DNA from: Eubacteriales bacterium | GTDB taxonomy: Bacteria > Bacillota > Clostridia > Oscillospirales > CAG-382 | Direction of reading: 5' to 3' | Assembly (NCBI GenBank): GCA_045604705.1 | Contig: JAZUOO010000012.1 | Coordinates: 11,429-75,428 of the forward strand | Length of the DNA: 64,000 nucleotides | Shown here: in pieces, positions 10,486 to 18,715 of the stretch | Layout: each line of letters starts with the position of its first letter | Numbering within the stretch: the first letter of the stretch is position 1 | Notes under the pieces: generated by a model | Told to the model about the DNA's origin: nothing | Database searches by the model: none | Seen by the model: only the letters and a program-made list of their open reading frames with translations | Made by a program: the position numbers and the translations under genes

Positions 10486-11816
10486 GTGCAACCACAGCAC
10501 CCCATTCCTTTAATTTGTATAAGACTCTTTGCATCCTTAGGGGATAAATATGCCTCTTTAAGATCTTTACATAACTTTATAATCGCTTCAAAACCGTAAT
10601 ATCCTCCGTTCTCGACGATGTTTACAAAATAGTCAGTTCCACTAAAAAAAGCGGCTTTTTGTCCGATTGCAACTGTTTTAACTTCGGAGCATCTTGGTTC
10701 AACTCTCATGCATGTATGTACAGTAGGATACAATAGTAATTCAGGATAATTCTCTTTAAGATATATAAAATCCTTTTCTTCCTCAAAAGTAAATGTGTCA
10801 GCGTAGATCTTTGTAACATTAAATCCATTCACAAGAAGAAGTTTTGCAAGGCTAAGCGGTCTTGTGAAAGCTGTGTAATCAATGGTAATCGGAGTATCAC
10901 CGATCAAATTTTTGACTTTCGTGATTTCCTCGTTGCACTTGTACTTTAATTCTGAAAAATCCGGAATATCTATGTTAAGATTATCACATAAAGCTCTATA
11001 ATTTTCAGTGATTTCATCACAATCAAAACTGAAAGGAAGATGCATATGATTCTGATTATGTATTTTTTGCAAGCTTTTACCAGCCGCCATTGCAGATGGA
11101 AATGTTGTGATACAGTGAGATGCTTTTGAAAGCTTAAGATAATCGTCAAAGCATTTACAATCCTGTATTTCAAGCAGAGAAAATCCATTGTCATTCAGTA
11201 ATTTAACAATCTCACTGTCTTTATCAAGAGGTAAATCATTGCCTACGATACTAATCACATTTGGTGATAAATCCGTCTTATCAAGTAAACTGTATAAACG
11301 CTGCCTCATTTTCGCATCAGGTGTCATACCGCTTTTTCTCATAATGGGATTCATATAGCAATCGGTAAATTTTATGTCAGGGAATCTTTCTCTTAACTCT
11401 TTGTAACAAATTGAAAGATCGCATCCCAGGAAGTGGTGTACACAGCTCGTATAGACAAGAATAGCTCTCGGCTTCTTTGGGAGCTTATTTATTATATCGG
11501 TAACACCCTCAATTATCAGTTCTTCATTATCGCCTGTAATGACATTGCTTTCATTTACAGTAATCGTTGAGAATCTTTCACTCATTCCAAGTTCTGCCGC
11601 AGTAAGAACAACACCACGTAAACACCCTTGTGCACAGACAAATATTTGATGTGCTTCCGGAATCAACATACCGGTATGAACTATATTCCAAGTCCCTCTT
11701 GCAGGTGCTGAAAACTCAAGACCTGATCTGAACGGTGAGGGGTATGATGCATCTTTGAATTTCACTGCAGCAATGCATTTGTTATCTCGGTCTCCGAGTT
11801 TTTTTATTGTATTCAC
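10482..11816 (-). CDS. nitrogenase component-1-type oxidoreductase, NifD/NifE/BchN-like subunit
   Basis: FVCAQGCLRG and LVYTSCVHHFLGCD Cys motifs. 444 aa. GTG start one nt after the NifH-like stop. Cys-rich C-terminus KGMGCCGCT. Confidence 0.75.
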   Translation of the reverse strand: MNTIKKLGDRDNKCIAAVKFKDASYPSPFRSGLEFSAPARGTWNIVHTGMLIPEAHQIFVCAQGCLRGVVLTAAELGMSERFSTITVNESNVITGDNEELIIEGVTDIINKLPKKPRAILVYTSCVHHFLGCDLSICYKELRERFPDIKFTDCYMNPIMRKSGMTPDAKMRQRLYSLLDKTDLSPNVISIVGNDLPLDKDSEIVKLLNDNGFSLLEIQDCKCFDDYLKLSKASHCITTFPSAMAAGKSLQKIHNQNHMHLPFSFDCDEITENYRALCDNLNIDIPDFSELKYKCNEEITKVKNLIGDTPITIDYTAFTRPLSLAKLLLVNGFNVTKIYADTFTFEEEKDFIYLKENYPELLLYPTVHTCMRVEPRCSEVKTVAIGQKAAFFSGTDYFVNIVENGGYYGFEAIIKLCKDLKEAYLSPKDAKSLIQIKGMGCCGCT

Positions 11817-11817
11817 A

Positions 11818-12576
11818 TTACACCCCCTCGCATTTTTTGATTATATTCTTAGCGAGCAGCCTGTATTCACTCGCCATATCACTTTTTGGAAATGCTTCAA
11901 CTACTGTTTTAGAGAGCTCTTCTGCTTCCTGCACTGTTTCACTTCGTGAAAGTGTTCCTGTTATTTCACTTTTTATGTCGCTTGCAAGCTCCGTAACCTT
12001 TTCAAATTCATTTTTAACGTTGCGCTTGTTAAGTATTATTCCACCGAATTTAGCATACCCTCTGCTTTTGAAATTGTCGACTGCCATCGCAATATTTGCC
12101 GCGGCATAAATAGACATATTTTCACCGCTTGTAACAACAAAAACATATTCGGCGTAACCCGGTCGCATTGGCATTGTAAAACCGCCGCAAACGACATCTC
12201 CCAGTACATCGAAAAGAACTATATCAGGTTCATATGTCTCGTAAACACCTTTTTCAGAAAGTTTTTCCAATGCGGCAATTATTCCTCTGCCTGCACAACC
12301 AGTTCCAGGGGCGGGACCGCCGGCTTCGGCACAAATTACCCCCTTATATCCGATTCTGACCATTTCGGAAAGTTCAAAATCATTTCCTTTTTCCTTGACA
12401 AGATCGAGTATGGTTGTCATTTTTTCTTTACCGCGAAGAAGAACAGTAGAATCGGCTTTGGGATCACAACCGATTTGCAGAACTTTATAGCCATCATCGG
12501 CAAGTGCAGCCGCAATATTTGCAACGGTTGTCGATTTACCAATTCCACCTTTTCCGTAAATTGCTATTTTAATCAT
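11818..12576 (-). CDS. NifH/BchL/CfbC-family ATP-dependent reductase (nitrogenase iron protein-like)
   Basis: IAIYGKGGIGKSTT P-loop. EAGGPAPGTGCAGRG and DVLGDVVCGGFTMP, the equivalents of both NifH 4Fe-4S Cys ligands. Confidence 0.9.
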   Translation of the reverse strand: MIKIAIYGKGGIGKSTTVANIAAALADDGYKVLQIGCDPKADSTVLLRGKEKMTTILDLVKEKGNDFELSEMVRIGYKGVICAEAGGPAPGTGCAGRGIIAALEKLSEKGVYETYEPDIVLFDVLGDVVCGGFTMPMRPGYAEYVFVVTSGENMSIYAAANIAMAVDNFKSRGYAKFGGIILNKRNVKNEFEKVTELASDIKSEITGTLSRSETVQEAEELSKTVVEAFPKSDMASEYRLLAKNIIKKCEGV

Positions 12577-12609
12577 AATTTCAGATTCCTTTCAAGGCTA
12601 TGCGTAAAA

Positions 12610-13662
12610 TTAATTCTCTCTATAATCGCCTCGAGTGCAAACTACTTCGTACCCGATTTCATCCATCTGCTTCCGAAGAATTCTTATACCGGTTTCTGCA
12701 TCAAATTCTGTCCCTACTTTATTATCGTAAAGCATGTATTTTTTCCTTACGCTCATTGGCGAAAGATTCGGCATAACAACATTGCATCCTGCAAGTACAC
12801 CAAGCTGTCTGCCGTTTCCGCTTGCTGTTCCCAAAGCAGTGGTGGAGGGGAGAAGCACATTCGGAAGCATTATGCGTGTCAGACTTATTAAAAATAATGT
12901 AAGCTCAATGCTCCCGGGATTATAATTACGAAACGGTGTCTCTTTGTGCGGCAAGAATGGGCCGAGTCCGACCATGTGAGGTTTGAATACTTGCATAAAT
13001 ATCATGTCTTCAGCAATGTCTTTATTTGTTTGAAAAGGTACGCCGACCATAAAGCCACATCCGGTCTGATAGCCAATTTCTTTGAGGTTTTTCAGGCATT
13101 CGATTCTTTCATAGTGTTTTTGTATGCTCGGGTGTATTTTGCCATACAGTTTCGGATTTGCAGCTTCGTGCCTTATGAGGTATCTGTCCGCTCCTGCAGC
13201 ATAAAGTCTTTGGTATGATTCTCTGCTTCGTTCGCCGACCGATAATGTTACCGCACAATTCGGAAATTCCTTTTTTATAGATTCTACAATGTCACACAGT
13301 ATTTCTTCACTGAAATGTCCATCCTCACCGCCCTGAAGTACGAAAGTTCTGAAGCCGTGAGTATATCCGTCTTTCGCACATTCCAAAATATCTTCCTTTG
13401 ATAATCGGTATCTTGAAACACAAGTGTTGGATTTCCTTATACCGCAGTAATAGCAGTCGTTTTTACAGATATTTGAAAATTCAATTATACCCCTGAAGAA
13501 TATTTTTTTGCCGAATTTCGCTATTGTCAATTCTCTCGCAATATTTTCAGCATATCGTCTTTCAGATTCCGTATAGTTGTTAAGAATGTGAACCCATTCA
13601 TTTTTGTCAAGACTTTTATTTTGATTTAATTTATCTATTAGTTCTTTTACCATGAGCATCAT
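12610..13662 (-). CDS. hydE: [FeFe]-hydrogenase H-cluster radical SAM maturase HydE
   Basis: IIEFSNICKNDCYYCGIR (CX3CX2C), VLQGGED, GADRYLIRHEAANP, GLGPFLPHKETP, LTRIMLP...PSTTALGT and NVVMPNLSP closely follow my recollection of Thermotoga HydE. Start set at ATG 13662, 2 nt after the upstream stop; the track start at 13722 overlaps the upstream gene. Confidence 0.85.
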   Translation of the reverse strand: MMLMVKELIDKLNQNKSLDKNEWVHILNNYTESERRYAENIARELTIAKFGKKIFFRGIIEFSNICKNDCYYCGIRKSNTCVSRYRLSKEDILECAKDGYTHGFRTFVLQGGEDGHFSEEILCDIVESIKKEFPNCAVTLSVGERSRESYQRLYAAGADRYLIRHEAANPKLYGKIHPSIQKHYERIECLKNLKEIGYQTGCGFMVGVPFQTNKDIAEDMIFMQVFKPHMVGLGPFLPHKETPFRNYNPGSIELTLFLISLTRIMLPNVLLPSTTALGTASGNGRQLGVLAGCNVVMPNLSPMSVRKKYMLYDNKVGTEFDAETGIRILRKQMDEIGYEVVCTRGDYREN

Positions 13663-13663
13663 C

Positions 13664-14725
13664 CTATTTTTTATCAGCAATTGTCGCTTTGACACTAACA
13701 TCGGGCAGAATGGAAAGTTCATGTCTCAGCGATTCAATTTCATTTACCGGAGCATCAATTGTTACATTTATTATGTATACTCCACCTTTGTTGTATGGCA
13801 TTCCCATTCTTCCTATTATACAGTTTGAGTATTTAGAGAATATATCATTGATTTTACCGCTCAAATCGTAGTCGGAAAATATAGCGGAAATAACGGCTAT
13901 CGCATTTTTGTTTGAGTATGCAATATCATCAATCTTGTTTTCAGCGAGTCGAACCGGCAAGATGCTTTTATAAATGTTGCCCGTGGTTTCTATTTCGCTG
14001 ATTACAGTATTAACTCCAAAAGCATTCCTTATTATTTCTTCGGTTACAATTTTTTGTGTGTCTCCGAAAATAGTTTTACCACCCTTATGAAGTATAAGAG
14101 ACTTATTTGCTCTTGTCAGAGCGTGTTCCGGGTAGTGCGTGTTGAAAATTACACACATTCCCCTTGAAGCAAGAGCGTTGAGTGTGTCGAGTACTATAAG
14201 TTGATTTCTGAAGTCCAGATTTGATTCCGGTTCATCAAGTATAAGAAGCTTCGGTTCGGAGACAAGCGCCCTCGCTATTAAAACCATTTGGAATTCGCCG
14301 CCACTCATTTTATTGCATTTCTTTTCAAGAAGGTGAGATATCCCCAGTGACTTTGCAATATCGGCAGCCTTTTGATAATCCTTTTCCGACGGCGATGAAA
14401 ATATACCAATCTTTGATGCCATTCCCAGAAGTATCATTTCCTGTGCACTCAGCGAGGAAGAATTTCCCTTTGCCTGAGGAACATATGAAACCTTACTCCA
14501 TAGTGCTTTTGATGGCAACTTATAAATATCAGTTCCGTCAAGGTAATTTTTTCCATCGTTGAATTTCAGGAATCCCATAATACATCTGAGCATTGTAGTT
14601 TTACCGGCACCATTTGGTCCAAGAATTGCAATAATATCTCCTCCGTTTGCCTGGAAATTTAAATTGTCAATTATTTTCTTGTTTTTATCGTACGAGAAAG
14701 AAGCGTTTTCAATTTTTAAAAGCAT
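13664..14725 (-). CDS. ABC transporter ATP-binding protein (FecE/FepC-like) with a C-terminal TM1266-like (NikR-C/ACT-like) domain
   Basis: Walker A GPNGAGKTT, signature MSGGEFQ, Walker B LLILDEPESNLD. The last ~90 aa (NAIAVISAIF...IIGRMGMPYNKGGVYIINVTIDAP...LPDVSVKATI) match the IIGRMGIPY-type motif of the putative iron-only hydrogenase system regulator family. Confidence 0.85.
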   Translation of the reverse strand: MLLKIENASFSYDKNKKIIDNLNFQANGGDIIAILGPNGAGKTTMLRCIMGFLKFNDGKNYLDGTDIYKLPSKALWSKVSYVPQAKGNSSSLSAQEMILLGMASKIGIFSSPSEKDYQKAADIAKSLGISHLLEKKCNKMSGGEFQMVLIARALVSEPKLLILDEPESNLDFRNQLIVLDTLNALASRGMCVIFNTHYPEHALTRANKSLILHKGGKTIFGDTQKIVTEEIIRNAFGVNTVISEIETTGNIYKSILPVRLAENKIDDIAYSNKNAIAVISAIFSDYDLSGKINDIFSKYSNCIIGRMGMPYNKGGVYIINVTIDAPVNEIESLRHELSILPDVSVKATIADKK

Positions 14726-14748
14726 ATTACCATTCCTTTCGGAATTAT

Positions 14749-15771
14749 TTAGTGCCCGAAGCCCTGAGTTTTTCTCATGAGAATAATGAAGAAAGGTGCT
14801 CCGATTATAGCAGTTAATACAGATAGAGGAAGCCCTGCGGAAGTAATTGTTCTTGCAAGTGTATCTACAATAACCATGAATGCAGAACCGAATAAAGCAC
14901 AGGCGGGAAGTATTTTCACATGATTGTTACCAAATTTCATTCTGCAGATATGTGGAACAAGAAGACCAACCCAGCCAACCTGACCACTCATTGATACACA
15001 TGATGCCGTAATCATTGTTGCACATATAATGACAATTGTTCGAAGTAGCCTCACATTAACACCGCTTGAAATGATTTCATCATCGCTAAGTGGCAGAAGA
15101 TTCAACCTCCAGCGAAGCAACAGCAGAACAAATATACCGATAAGAATTACCGGAATGCCTAGCGAAAGACTTTCGTAGCTTGCCGAATTAAAACTTCCCA
15201 TCAGCCAATATTCAATGGCAGGTAATTGACTTTCTGTATCGGCAGTATATTTTACAAGTGTAATCAAAGCCGAAAATAACGATCCGATCATTATACCGCC
15301 AAGCACGACTCCGCCTAGTCCCTGTTTGTTTTTTCCGGTACCTGCAATCACTGTCAGAATTACAGCTGTAAGCCCCATAACGAACGACATAATTTGTATT
15401 CCCGGTAGATTAAACCCGAACAGTAACGAGAGTGCGGCACCGAATGATGATCCTGACGCCACTCCCAATGTGTCCGGTGTTGCAAGAGGATTTGAAAACA
15501 GACTCTGAAAAACACAGCCCGAAACTGATAACCCCGCACCTACGAGCAGAGCAAGAAGTATTCTCGGTAATCTGTTATGCCAAAGTATATATTCTATTCT
15601 TGCGTTTTCCTCAACGGAATCTGTGAATTTTGAAATAATTGATGATAAAATTTCATCGGGTGTAACTTTAAATGTTCCCGTTCCCAAGGCTATTATAGAT
15701 ACTATAATTGGCAAGACAATCAGTATCGAGATCCAAAATAACGAAAGCTTTCCACGATTTTTCTTTTTCAT
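14749..15771 (-). CDS. FecCD/BtuC-family ABC transporter permease
   Basis: 340 aa, about 9-10 TM segments, LPRILLALLVGAGLSVSG and GLLVPHICR motifs typical of FecCD permeases. AAGGAG RBS. Confidence 0.9.
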   Translation of the reverse strand: MKKKNRGKLSLFWISILIVLPIIVSIIALGTGTFKVTPDEILSSIISKFTDSVEENARIEYILWHNRLPRILLALLVGAGLSVSGCVFQSLFSNPLATPDTLGVASGSSFGAALSLLFGFNLPGIQIMSFVMGLTAVILTVIAGTGKNKQGLGGVVLGGIMIGSLFSALITLVKYTADTESQLPAIEYWLMGSFNSASYESLSLGIPVILIGIFVLLLLRWRLNLLPLSDDEIISSGVNVRLLRTIVIICATMITASCVSMSGQVGWVGLLVPHICRMKFGNNHVKILPACALFGSAFMVIVDTLARTITSAGLPLSVLTAIIGAPFFIILMRKTQGFGH

Positions 15772-15945
15772 TTCAGGCTCCTTAAAAAAATAACCGAACT
15801 CCGCATGGGCAGAGTACGGTCATCACAGTAATATTATAACATATCTATATGCTGTTTATTTTTCTGTAATTTAAACCGAAACCTTTCACCCGGATATATA
15901 TCTTCATGTCAGGCAGTAGTTTGTATTTTGATTATACCATAGGGT
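15772..15945 (-). promoter_or_regulatory. operon leader: extended -10 promoter(s), about 130-nt untranslated leader and an intrinsic terminator abutting the RBS (candidate riboswitch or attenuator, class not recognised)
   Basis: Minus strand: TGGTATAAT (15939..15931). A second TGTTATAAT (15841..15833). Hairpin ACCGUACUCUGCCCAUGCGGAGUUCGGU (15820..15793), then UAUUUUUUU, then AAGGAG and the ATG at 15771. Confidence 0.5.
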
Positions 15946-15991
15946 TGTTAAAAAAGTAACAGAATACTATTTCCTATCTGTAAAATAGGAA

Positions 15992-16450
15992 TCACGCGTT
16001 ATAAGAAAATGTCATGTTTGTCCAATTATCGAGAACAGCCAAATATCTTTCAGCTTCATAGTGAGCAAGACTCAAATCAAGCGTTCTGTAGTTTCCGCAT
16101 TCAATTTCAGAATTACCGAAAACTTCGCCATTGTAATCAATAATCTCTTTTAATACTTTCTTTATCTCCTCAAATACGCGCACATGATCGGCATTTCTGA
16201 TAAGAAGATAAAAACCCGTCTGACAACCCATGGGACCGAAATAGATTACATCATTAGAAATAGGGGAGTTCCTTATAAATGTCGCAAACATATGCTCCAT
16301 TGTATGCATCGCACCGACTCCGATATAATCACCCGAATTGGGTTTTCTCATTCGTAAATCGTAAGTAGTAATGTCGTCGTCTATCCTTGAAATATACATT
16401 CCTTCAGCTATTTTTGTATGATCAACAGTAAAACTTGTAATTTTTTTCAT
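15992..16450 (-). CDS. luxS: S-ribosylhomocysteine lyase LuxS
   Basis: HTMEHMFATFIRN (HxxEH metal site), GPMGCQTGFY. 152 aa. Confidence 0.95.
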   Translation of the reverse strand: MKKITSFTVDHTKIAEGMYISRIDDDITTYDLRMRKPNSGDYIGVGAMHTMEHMFATFIRNSPISNDVIYFGPMGCQTGFYLLIRNADHVRVFEEIKKVLKEIIDYNGEVFGNSEIECGNYRTLDLSLAHYEAERYLAVLDNWTNMTFSYNA

Positions 16451-16463
16451 TGTGGTTCATCCT

Positions 16464-16925
16464 TTACTTTATTCCGAGGTATTCCAAAACTTCATAAACA
16501 TGACCGTCTGCTTTAACTTTTTCGAAAATTTTTTCAACGTTTCCGTCTTCATTTATTATATATGTTGTTCTTACAATCCCCATTGAGACCTTGCCGCACA
16601 TTTTCTTTTCCTGCCATACGCCGTAATCCTCTATAACATCCTTTTCGGGATTGGAAAGAAGTATAAAAGGAAGTGAATATTTCTGCGTAAACTTTGCATG
16701 AGAATTTGCACTGTCTTTATTAATTCCCATAACTACAACATTATTTTTCTCAAACTTTTCAAAATGTTCCGCAAATCCCAAAGCCTGTTTCGTGCACCCC
16801 GCCGTTGAATCCTTGGGGTAAAAATACAGCACCACTTTCTTGCCGCGGAAATCACTAAGTGTATATTCTTTTCCGTCTGCGGCGATAAGCTTAAAATCGG
16901 GAGCTTTTGTGTTTACACTTATCAT
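16464..16925 (-). CDS. bcp: thioredoxin-dependent peroxiredoxin Bcp
   Basis: VVLYFYPKDSTAGCTKQA peroxidatic Cys motif. 153 aa. Confidence 0.9.
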   Translation of the reverse strand: MISVNTKAPDFKLIAADGKEYTLSDFRGKKVVLYFYPKDSTAGCTKQALGFAEHFEKFEKNNVVVMGINKDSANSHAKFTQKYSLPFILLSNPEKDVIEDYGVWQEKKMCGKVSMGIVRTTYIINEDGNVEKIFEKVKADGHVYEVLEYLGIK

Positions 16926-16943
16926 AAATTCATTCCTTTCAGA

Positions 16944-17450
16944 TTATTTTGCGTTACATTTTTCCATAAGAAAATCAATAAATTCGCTATTGGTTGCATT
17001 TTTAAAACAGTCTTTTTTCACAAATAACAGTTTTTTGTTTTCTCTGAGAATTATTATATACAGATTTTTTGATTCGCTGACACCACCAATATCGGAATAA
17101 TTAAATGAAACCGAATTGTTTGGCTCGGTAACGGTAAATCCATTTTCGTTGAAAGTTGTTTTTTTCCAGAAAACACCCTTTTTATCAACGAGAGTTGGCA
17201 GCTGTCTTTTATAGATCTTTCTTGCTTTCATCGGAATACCAAAGTAACCGCTGAACAAGAGAATTGCCGAAAGAACAAACCATAGTACTCCCATTATGTA
17301 ATTTTTTCCGATTATCATTACACATGCGCTGACAGCAAGTAAAACCATTGCGGCGGTATACATAATATATCTTGCGGCGGGAATCATCTTCTTTATTACT
17401 TCGACATATAATCCCTCGGACATCTCAAAATAATTTTCGTATTTATCCAT
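16944..17450 (-). CDS. YcxB-like membrane protein (two TM helices plus YcxB-type C-terminal domain)
   Basis: Two hydrophobic helices, then a beta-rich C-terminal part typical of YcxB-family proteins. No catalytic motifs. Confidence 0.5.
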   Translation of the reverse strand: MDKYENYFEMSEGLYVEVIKKMIPAARYIMYTAAMVLLAVSACVMIIGKNYIMGVLWFVLSAILLFSGYFGIPMKARKIYKRQLPTLVDKKGVFWKKTTFNENGFTVTEPNNSVSFNYSDIGGVSESKNLYIIILRENKKLLFVKKDCFKNATNSEFIDFLMEKCNAK

Positions 17451-17513
17451 ATAATATTCAGCCCTTTCATTTTTTTATATTTTACCACAAAAATTTTAAT
17501 TTTTCAAGAGGTA

Positions 17514-17545
17514 AACAAAAAAGAATACGCAGATTTCTCCGCGTA
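17514..17545 (-). terminator. intrinsic terminator after the CAP-domain gene
   Basis: Hairpin TACGCGGA/TCTGCGTA followed by TTCTTTTTTG on the minus strand. Confidence 0.55.
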
Positions 17546-17558
17546 CTCTGTAAGATTA

Positions 17559-18344
17559 TTATCCTATAAATAACTGGGACCAATAATATGTGCCGTTTTT
17601 GTAATAGACTCCGACACCTAATTCGGTGTAGTTTCCGTTGAGTATATTTGCTCTGTGTCCGGATGAATTCATCCAGGCGTTCATGACCTCCTGTGCAGTT
17701 CTTTGACCGTAAGCTACGTTTTCTCCTGCAGTTCTGTATGAAACTCCGTATTCGGAAAGTACGGTTGTCCAACTGCTGCCGTTGGGTCTTGTGTGCGAAA
17801 AGCTTGATGCCTGTTCCTGTGCTCGTTTTGCAGCAGCAGAATTAAGTGCGGAATTTGTTGCAGTCACGGGACGCAGACCGTTGGCGGTCCTTTCCTTGTT
17901 TACAAGATCAATAATCTGTTGTTGGATACTGCTGTTAGTAGTGCCTTGGTTTGCGTTCTGATCATTATTAGGAACATTTTCCTGTACATTGTCGTCTGTT
18001 TCAGGCTTTGAGGGCATACCCGGTATTATTGTACCATTTCCAGAATTATCACCATTGTTTCCGTTGTCGGGATTTTGCCCCTGGTCACCGTTTGTACCGG
18101 GGAAACAGTCAGACCAATCGAAATATTTGACTTCACAATCCTTTAGCAGCTCCTGAATAATCTTATCATCATTACAGATAGTTCCAATTGAAACAGGTGT
18201 GGTAAATCTGCAATTTGAGGATTCCTTTAAGCGAGCTGCATAGCTTTCAAAGGAATATGTACAGTTGGTAGTCGCATTTGCACTAACCGAAAGTATAGCC
18301 GTGGAAAAAACTGAAACGGCTGCTATAGAAAGAATCTTTTTCAT
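17559..18344 (-). CDS. secreted CAP/SCP (YkwD-like) domain protein with a low-complexity N/G/D-rich linker
   Basis: Signal peptide MKKILSIAAVSVFSTAILSVSANA. C-terminal NAWMNSSGHRANIL... CAP-domain motif. Confidence 0.8.
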   Translation of the reverse strand: MKKILSIAAVSVFSTAILSVSANATTNCTYSFESYAARLKESSNCRFTTPVSIGTICNDDKIIQELLKDCEVKYFDWSDCFPGTNGDQGQNPDNGNNGDNSGNGTIIPGMPSKPETDDNVQENVPNNDQNANQGTTNSSIQQQIIDLVNKERTANGLRPVTATNSALNSAAAKRAQEQASSFSHTRPNGSSWTTVLSEYGVSYRTAGENVAYGQRTAQEVMNAWMNSSGHRANILNGNYTELGVGVYYKNGTYYWSQLFIG

Positions 18345-18715
18345 AATTTATACCTCCTTTCTTTCTATGCCTTAATTATACATAAATGTAAAAGTAATTT
18401 CAACGCAAAATGATTTCCATTAAAAACGTAATTTTCCAATACAACATAATTATGTAATATTGTAATTAATTTTGATTATTTGCTATCGAACATAAAAACA
18501 GTATATTTAGTTTTCTTATTGTCATTTTTGATATGTTTTAACAAATATTACCATTATTTCCATTTATTTTTGATAAATTTCATAAATTTTCATCATATTA
18601 GGGTTATTTGTTTACAACAAAAACTATTGAAAATGAAAAATGTGGTATATAATTTTAGTAACTGAATGGCATTAGCATACAGTGCCGTTCAAATAAAATT
18701 TTTTTGGAGGACTTT

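Noticed and set aside
15958-15980. Hairpin TTCCTAT-loop-ATAGGAA directly after luxS, considered as part of the operon leader
   Set aside because: It is more simply the luxS terminator, since it lies upstream of the predicted -10 element of the next operon.
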